A stretch of DNA of 12,538 nt, taken from assembly GCA_044222475.1 (NCBI GenBank), contig JBGANF010000003.1:143667-156204 (forward strand), written 5' to 3'. Source of the stretch: Polyangiaceae bacterium. GTDB taxonomy: Bacteria; Myxococcota_A; Polyangia; Polyangiales; Polyangiaceae. This document shows, in pieces, positions 7,393-12,538 of the stretch. Below the pieces are notes generated by a model. It saw nothing but the letters and a program-made list of their open reading frames with translations. It did no database searches and was not told the origin of the DNA. The translations under genes were made by a program, and so were the position numbers. Every line of letters starts with the position of its first letter. Position 1 is the first letter of the stretch.

Positions 7393-8555
7393 AACCAGCG
7401 AAACGCCTCGCCCTCGCTCTCCTGCTCGCGCTCGCCGCCTGTGGTGGAGCCACGCCCACCAAGGAGCTCCCCCACCCGGGTCTTCCGCCGCCGCCCAAGG
7501 TCGACCACCGCGAGGCGGCGTGCGGCGCGAAGACGCTGTGGGCTCAGGAGCCGACGCCGATCGCCCAGAACCTCGGCACGCCCCAGGGCAAGATCAGCGC
7601 GGTCGAGATCAACGGCGTCTCGGGCGACGCGCGCGTGAAGGACGCCATCAAGCTCGCCGTCGGCGACGAGTTCGACGGCGCGAAGGCGCAAGCGTCGATG
7701 AAGGCCATCTTCGCCCTCGGCGACTTCGACGACGTCGCGCTCGACGTCCTCGAGAAGGACGGCACCGTCGCGGTCCGCTTCCGCATCACCCCGCGGCCGA
7801 CGCTCGGCGAGATCTTCATCGACAGCGACGCCGAGCAAGAGAAGAAGGACGACCTCGAGAAGGCGCTCCGCACCGCCAGCGGCGAGAAGTACGTGCCGCG
7901 TGCGCTCGCGGCCGCGCGCATCGGGTTCCTGACCGGCCTCACCAAGCGCGGCTACATGGACGCGTCGATGGAGCTCCGGTCGGCCAAGAACGACGACGGC
8001 GCGGTCGACCTCTGCGTCGCGGTGAAGAAGGGGCCGCTCGTCACGATCGATCGCGTCCGCTTCGACGGCCTCAAGACCGTGAAAGAGGCCGACCTCGTCG
8101 CCAAGATCGACACCGACGGCGGCAAGTTCAACGTCGCGGGCGGAGTGGTCGACGGCGAGCGCGTCGAGCGCGCCGCTCAGGAGATCGCCAAGGTCCTCGC
8201 CGACAAGGGCATGCCCACGAGCGAGATCGCGTACGACCTGCAACGCAAGGACGACAAGGCGACGTTGATCTTCAAGATCGTCGAAGGGCCGGTCTTCAAG
8301 ATCCGCCGCTACGAAGTGGTCGGCGATCGCCTCGCCGACGCGGGGACGTACCAGCGTCTCCTCAAGGTGAAGTCGAAGGATCTGTTCAATCAGAGCGGCA
8401 TCCTCGCCGACAAGGCCGCGCTCGACGCGTTCCACAAGTCGAAGAACCGGGCCGACATGGAGATCCTCCCGGAGACGGCGCTGGATCCCAAGTCGGGCCT
8501 CGTCGACGTGGTGTTCCGGGTGGTGGACCCGAAGAAGCCGCCGCCGAAGAAGTGA
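7389..8555 (+). CDS. Lipoprotein with four BamA-like POTRA domains and no beta-barrel (388 aa)
   Basis: The GTG start overlaps the upstream stop (GTGA). MKPAKRLALALLLALAA-C lipobox. Repeats: 'KISAVEING...AIFALGDFDDV...FRITPRP', 'TLGEIFI...KRGYMDA...VDLCVAVKKGP', 'VTIDRVRFDG...DKGM...LIFKIVEGP' and 'FKIRRYEVVG...DLFNQS...VDVVFRV'. Ends in PKKPPPKK-stop. Confidence 0.85.
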   Translation: MKPAKRLALALLLALAACGGATPTKELPHPGLPPPPKVDHREAACGAKTLWAQEPTPIAQNLGTPQGKISAVEINGVSGDARVKDAIKLAVGDEFDGAKAQASMKAIFALGDFDDVALDVLEKDGTVAVRFRITPRPTLGEIFIDSDAEQEKKDDLEKALRTASGEKYVPRALAAARIGFLTGLTKRGYMDASMELRSAKNDDGAVDLCVAVKKGPLVTIDRVRFDGLKTVKEADLVAKIDTDGGKFNVAGGVVDGERVERAAQEIAKVLADKGMPTSEIAYDLQRKDDKATLIFKIVEGPVFKIRRYEVVGDRLADAGTYQRLLKVKSKDLFNQSGILADKAALDAFHKSKNRADMEILPETALDPKSGLVDVVFRVVDPKKPPPKK

Positions 8556-8577
8556 CGTTGCGGCTCCCTCGGAGAGA

Positions 8578-8688
8578 AACGCCAGGGAGCCAGGAGCGCC
8601 AGGAGCGCCAAGTGAACGAGAGGGTTGGTCAGTAGTTCCAGCCCCTCTTTTTCGTGCGAGCCCTTGGCGCGCGTGGCGTCCTGGCGTT
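8578..8688. repeat. Long imperfect inverted repeat built from CGCCA(A/G)G units (REP-like intergenic element)
   Basis: AACGCCAGG (8578-8586) pairs with CCTGGCGTT (8680-8688), and GCGCCAAG (8605-8612) pairs with CTTGGCGC (8663-8670). The left arm carries tandem GCCAGGAGC units. Confidence 0.7.
8619..8652 (+). terminator. Putative intrinsic terminator after the SurA/POTRA pair
   Basis: Stem AGAGGGTTGG / CCAGCCCCTCT (one G-U pair, one bulge) ending in a TTTTT run (8648-8652). Confidence 0.5.
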
Positions 8689-8716
8689 CCTCTTCGAGGA
8701 TGCGAGAGAGGTGGGC

Positions 8717-8722
8717 TATATT
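8717..8722 (+). promoter_or_regulatory. Putative -10 hexamer (TATATT) of glyA
   Basis: AT-rich TAnnnT island 10 nt upstream of ATG 8733; no SD sequence. Confidence 0.5.
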
Positions 8723-8732
8723 CGCCGGCCCC

Positions 8733-10013
8733 ATGGCCGAAGCCCCGCTCTCCACCGTCGACCCGACCATCTCCAAGCTCATCGCGGACGAAAACCGCCG
8801 CGAGCACGAGTCCCTCCGTCTCATCGCCAGCGAGAACTACGCCTCGCGCGCGGTGATGGAGGCGACCGGCTCGTGCCTCACGAACAAGTACTCCGAGGGC
8901 TACGCCCACAAGCGCTACTACGAGGGCCAAGCCGTCATCGACCAAGTCGAAGAGCTCGCGATCGCGCGCGTGCGCAGCCTGTTCGCGAAGACCCGCGGCG
9001 CGGGCTCCGGCGAGGACGACATCCACGTCAACGTGCAGCCGTACTCCGGCAGCCCGGCGAACCTCGCGGTGTACCTCGCGTTCTGCAAAGCGGGCGACAC
9101 GATCATGGGCCTCGGCCTCCCGTTCGGCGGCCACCTGACGCACGGCCACACCGTGTCGATCACCGGCAAGTACTTCAAGAGCGTGCCCTACGGCGTGAAG
9201 AAGGAAGACTGCCGCATCGACCTCGACGAGGTGCGCAAGCTCGCGAAGGAGCACCAGCCGAAGCTCATCTGGTGCGGCACGACGGCGTACCCGCGCACGA
9301 TCGACTTCGCGGCGTTCCGATCCATCGCCGACGAGGTCGGCGCGATCCTCGCCGCCGACATCGCGCACATCTCCGGTCTGGTCGCGACCGGCGTGCATCC
9401 TTCGCCGATCGGCCTCGCCGACGTCGTGACGTCGACGACGCACAAGACCTTCCGCGGTCCGCGCGGCGGGATGATCCTCTGCAAGAAGGAGCACGGCACG
9501 GCGATCGATCGCGCGGTGTTCCCGGGGCTTCAAGGCGGGCCGCACAACCACACGACGGCGGCGATCGCGGTCGCGGCGCTCGAGGCGTCGCAGCCGAGCT
9601 TCGTGGCCTACAGCAAGGCGATCGTCGCGAACGCGAAGGCGCTCGGAGAGGGGCTCGCGGCGCGAGGGTTCTCGCTGGTGACGGGCGGAACCGACAACCA
9701 CCTTCTCCTGATCGATCTCACGAACAAGGGAGTTACCGGGAAGGTCGCAGCGCAAGCGCTCGACAAGGCGGGCATCGTCCTCAACTACAACTCGGTCCCG
9801 TTCGATCCGCGGAAGCCGTTCGATCCGTCGGGGCTGCGAGTGGGTACGCCGGCGGTGACGTCGCGAGGGATGGGAGTCGACGTGATGCAGAAGCTGGCGG
9901 AGTGGATGGACCGAGTGGTCGCGGCGCCGGCCGACGAAGCGCTGCTGGCGAAGATCGCGGGAGAAGTGAAGGAAGTCTGCGGGAAATACCCGGCGCCGGG
10001 AATCGTGGTTTAG
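8733..10013 (+). CDS. glyA: Serine hydroxymethyltransferase (426 aa)
   Basis: Canonical motifs LIASENY, LTNKYSEGY, NVQPYSGSPAN, GGHLTHG, DIAHISGL, TTHKTFRGPRGG (PLP Lys238, 9444-9446), FPGLQGGP, GGTDNHL and SGLRVGTPAVTSRG. Confidence 0.98.
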   Translation: MAEAPLSTVDPTISKLIADENRREHESLRLIASENYASRAVMEATGSCLTNKYSEGYAHKRYYEGQAVIDQVEELAIARVRSLFAKTRGAGSGEDDIHVNVQPYSGSPANLAVYLAFCKAGDTIMGLGLPFGGHLTHGHTVSITGKYFKSVPYGVKKEDCRIDLDEVRKLAKEHQPKLIWCGTTAYPRTIDFAAFRSIADEVGAILAADIAHISGLVATGVHPSPIGLADVVTSTTHKTFRGPRGGMILCKKEHGTAIDRAVFPGLQGGPHNHTTAAIAVAALEASQPSFVAYSKAIVANAKALGEGLAARGFSLVTGGTDNHLLLIDLTNKGVTGKVAAQALDKAGIVLNYNSVPFDPRKPFDPSGLRVGTPAVTSRGMGVDVMQKLAEWMDRVVAAPADEALLAKIAGEVKEVCGKYPAPGIVV

Positions 10014-10189
10014 CCAACTCGGGCACCGACGACGACGAAGAGGGGGAGTCGGTAGCCGCAGCGAAGATCCTGGCGGAGCATCCGAGCGCGGTGTGATAGT
10101 TTGGAAGGGCGGTCAGCCTCGATGCGACAACGGCCCGGAAAGGATCCAGAAGCCCGCGTTTGGGGCAAATACATCCCGGGGCCCCCGCC

Positions 10190-10621
10190 GTGACGCACCG
10201 AACGCTGAGCCCATTGCTCCTCGTCTTGGCCTGTTGCGGAGGAGAAGTCACGTCGGGGGCTGATGGAGGGACGGACGCCACAGTCGACGCCCGCGCGGAT
10301 CACGATGTTCGGAATTGGTGTGCAGATTACGCGATTGCAGAGTATCCAAACCGACCGTGCCCTGATGGCTGTCTGGCAATGGGGGCTCCTAGTTGCGGCC
10401 CGAGTGTGGCGCCGCTTCCCGATGGAGGTGTCACGATCAACCGAACCGGGTGCGTCGTCGCGATCCCGTGTGGAGATGGATCGGTCGATGCCGGATGCCC
10501 GAGCGGTTGGACCTGCCGCACCGTGAGGTATTCGAAGTGTCCGCCCCGTGTACCTTGCGCATTTGAGCCCGAGAATCAGTGCAGTGAAACACGTCTATGT
10601 GCCTATGACGGATTCCCGTAA
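10190..10621 (+). CDS. Small Cys-rich lipoprotein (143 aa)
   Basis: GTG 10190: MTHRTLSPLLLVLAC-CGG signal/lipobox, a DGGTDATVDA linker, then 12 further Cys. Lower GC and atypical codon usage relative to the upstream genes. Confidence 0.6.
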   Translation: MTHRTLSPLLLVLACCGGEVTSGADGGTDATVDARADHDVRNWCADYAIAEYPNRPCPDGCLAMGAPSCGPSVAPLPDGGVTINRTGCVVAIPCGDGSVDAGCPSGWTCRTVRYSKCPPRVPCAFEPENQCSETRLCAYDGFP

Positions 10622-11015
10622 AGCGCCCCCCAACCATCGATGCACGCAGTCCCTGTAGGGGCTCGCTGAGCCTTGGTCGCAGAGCGCCTCCGATCCGTCA
10701 TCCCAAGTCGGTACGATTCTCACTCGCTCTCGATTGGGGGAGCACCGTGCTCCGTCGAAAGGCTCTCGGCCACGCCGCGTAGTTGCACGCCGAGGTGCGA
10801 TCCTCGTGCGCCAAGGAGGGTATCGCGACTCCCGTCGATCAGAATCACAGGCGTCCCGTCCCGAGCCACCTCGTCATCGCCGAGCGTCCGCCCCCCACTC
10901 CCAGCCGCAAGCCTCGACTTGGGCTTTGCTTCACCTACGCTCCTCGGCGGTCGACGACGGTGGACGTCGCGCTCCCCGACCGGATAGATGGAGCGGGAGA
11001 GATCCGGAGTACACG

Positions 11016-11998
11016 ATGTTCTGGAACAAGAAGAAGACGGTGCGCGTGCTCTTCGTCGACGCCGACAGCGGAACCACGTTCGCTCAAACCGAAAGCCCAC
11101 CCGAGCTGCTCCCGGAGAGCTTCGAGGCGCATACGACGGTCCATGTACAAGGGCAGGAATGGGAGGTCTTGTCCGCGGCGCCCGTCACGCGCGCAGAGTG
11201 TGTGACGAGCGGTGAGCTTCGGTTGAACCTTCGGAAGCTGAACGTCCTGCAGATTCCGCCCGGCGAGATCTTGTTCTCACTTCCGACGATCTGTGACGGC
11301 ATCCCCGGGATCGCCAACGGCACCAGCAAGCTCGGGAAGAACGTGCTCGAGCTGCACGAGGACCATTGGCGGCAGGTCGAGCTCGTCTCGGTCTCGCAGC
11401 TCGACGAGGCTCGCGCTTGTCTGGCCAAAATCGAACGCATCCACGCCGAGCAGCGCGTGCCAGGCGGAGGTTTCAAGAAGCTCCACCTCCGCACCGAGCT
11501 GCCGGCACCCATCGTTCCCAATGGGCTGACGATGAGCACGTTGAGATCGACGTTCTCGCTCGGCCTGACCGACTATGACGGCGTCTCCTACGAGGGCGTG
11601 GCGGGGCTCATCGAGGGCGGCTTCGCGTTCCGGACCGCCGCATCGCTCGACGTCTACGGCATCGAGATCGGCGGCGCGGTGACCACCGTTGGGCTCGTCG
11701 TCGGCCGCTACGTCCAGGGTATCGAAGCCGACGCTCGAAGCTTGGCCAACCTGCTCGCGGCTTCGCGTTCCGGACCGCCGCATCGCTCGACGTCTACGGC
11801 ATCGAGATCGGCGGCGCGGTGACCACCGTTGGGCTCGTCGTCGGCCGCTACGTCCAGGGTATCGAAGCCGACGCTCGAAGCTTGGCCAACCTGCTCCGTG
11901 GAAGCGGTCTCGTCCTGGTGGATTGGTGCCGCGTGGTGGTCGTCGATGCGCAGGAGGATCAGGTGCTCGGATACCTTCGTCCGACGCGCGCTCCTTGA
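11016..11998 (+). pseudogene. Hypothetical protein (280 aa if restored) frameshifted by a 140-bp tandem duplication; true pseudogene or assembly artefact
   Basis: GGAG RBS then ATG 11016 (MFWNKKKTVRVLFVDADSG...LHEDHWRQVE...). As given, it stops at 11822 after an out-of-frame tail. Deleting one repeat copy gives ...NLL-RGSGLVLVDWCRVVVVDAQEDQVLGYLRPTRAP-TGA (11996-11998). Confidence 0.75.
11617..11896 (+). repeat. Exact tandem duplication, 2 x 140 bp (11617-11756 and 11757-11896)
   Basis: Both copies read GCGGCTTCGCGTTCCGGACC...TTGGCCAACCTGCTC and are identical base for base; the flanking bases differ. Confidence 0.97.
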
Positions 11999-12075
11999 GC
12001 ATCGGTACACCGACGTCGGTGTGCCTCGCGTTCTGCGTGCTTCGCTTCCCCTTCCTCTACCAGTATTCTTTCGGC

Positions 12076-12538
12076 GTGGACGCGTTCGAAGGTAAGGAAG
12101 CCGAGCGTGTGACCGCCATCGCGCGAGTCCTGCTCGACGATGGCCTCCTCGCCGAGGTGACGCCCACCGAGGACGACGACTGGCTCGCCTACGAGCTCGC
12201 GTCTCTCATCGAGCTGCGACGTGGCGAGATCGTCGCACCGTCGGCACTCCCCGATCCGAGGCGCGACCCGTGGTTGCCACTCGTGTCCTACGACGCCGAT
12301 CTCGGCTCCATGCGCACGACGTATTACGCCCCGTACTGGCTCCTCGACGCCGGACGCCGTGTAGGAATCGTGGTCCTCGGTGGGACCGGTGGACCGCCCA
12401 AGCTGAACGTGTCGAGCCTCTTCGTCGTGCCCGAGCATCGCGGCCGTGGTGTGGCGACGCGGTTGCTCGAGCGGCTGGTCGTCGGCGTTCAGGCTGCGGG
12501 GCTCCGCGATCTGCGCCTCGACGCCGACTGGTGCGCGT
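12076..12538 (+). CDS. GNAT-family N-acetyltransferase, 3'-truncated (not in the ORF track)
   Basis: Open frame (V)DAFEGKEAERVTAIARVLLDDGLLAEVTPTEDDDWLAYELASL...YWLLDAGRRVGIVVL...LNVSSLFVVPEHRGRGVATRLLERL...GLRDLRLDADW. 'LFVVPEHRGRGVA' is the acetyl-CoA-binding motif A. The start is GTG 12076 (after TATTCT) or GTG 12109 (after AAGGA). Confidence 0.8.
   Translation, partial: MDAFEGKEAERVTAIARVLLDDGLLAEVTPTEDDDWLAYELASLIELRRGEIVAPSALPDPRRDPWLPLVSYDADLGSMRTTYYAPYWLLDAGRRVGIVVLGGTGGPPKLNVSSLFVVPEHRGRGVATRLLERLVVGVQAAGLRDLRLDADWCA

Noticed and set aside
8581..8612. CRISPR-like or other spaced array
   Set aside because: The units are 8-9 nt and contiguous, with no spacers and no cas genes; no spaced repeat array was seen anywhere in the window.
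8570..8732. Glycine or ZTP riboswitch upstream of glyA (GGAGAGA…CGCC…GGAGC resembles part of the glycine aptamer)
   Set aside because: There is no P2 stem, no CCGAAG and no CUCUCAGG element, and the ZTP consensus is absent. The structure is explained by the repeat hairpin, and the likely glyA -10 lies downstream of it. An Rfam cmscan would settle it.
10022..10056. Hairpin GGCACCGAC…GTCGGTAGCC after glyA as a terminator
   Set aside because: The loop is large, the stem has a bulge and there is no U-tract; too weak to call.
836..10096. Long Arg/Ala-rich alternative-frame and antisense ORFs (e.g. 836-3133, 1614-3716, 4408-5853, 7215-9755, 8654-10096)
   Set aside because: These are shadow ORFs expected from high GC3 coding. 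They overlap better-supported genes and show no motifs.
11277..12438. Minus-strand ORFs 11277-12002, 11708-12010 and 11959-12438
   Set aside because: They are antisense to the hypothetical and GNAT genes; their internal peptide repeats simply reflect the 140-bp duplication.

Overview
High-GC bacterial DNA whose gene content (several Cys-rich lipoproteins with DGG/DAA linkers, a large regulator with a C-terminal winged helix) suggests Myxococcota, probably Polyangiales; this assignment is inference. Left to right: the 3' end of a helical-repeat/winged-helix regulator; three uncharacterised lipoproteins, one with a papain/NlpC-P60-like Cys-His signature; a perfect 30-bp palindrome; a predicted 8-stranded outer-membrane barrel gene divergent from a coupled pair encoding a PPIase-less SurA core and a lipoprotein made only of four BamA-like POTRA domains; a repeat hairpin/terminator; glyA; then a lower-GC accessory stretch with a small 12-Cys lipoprotein, a hypothetical gene frameshifted by an exact 140-bp tandem duplication (possibly an assembly artefact), and a GNAT acetyltransferase running off the end that the ORF track missed. 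The best candidate for an undescribed system is the mini-SurA + barrel-less POTRA lipoprotein + small OMP module. Several genes appear to be leaderless or nearly so.
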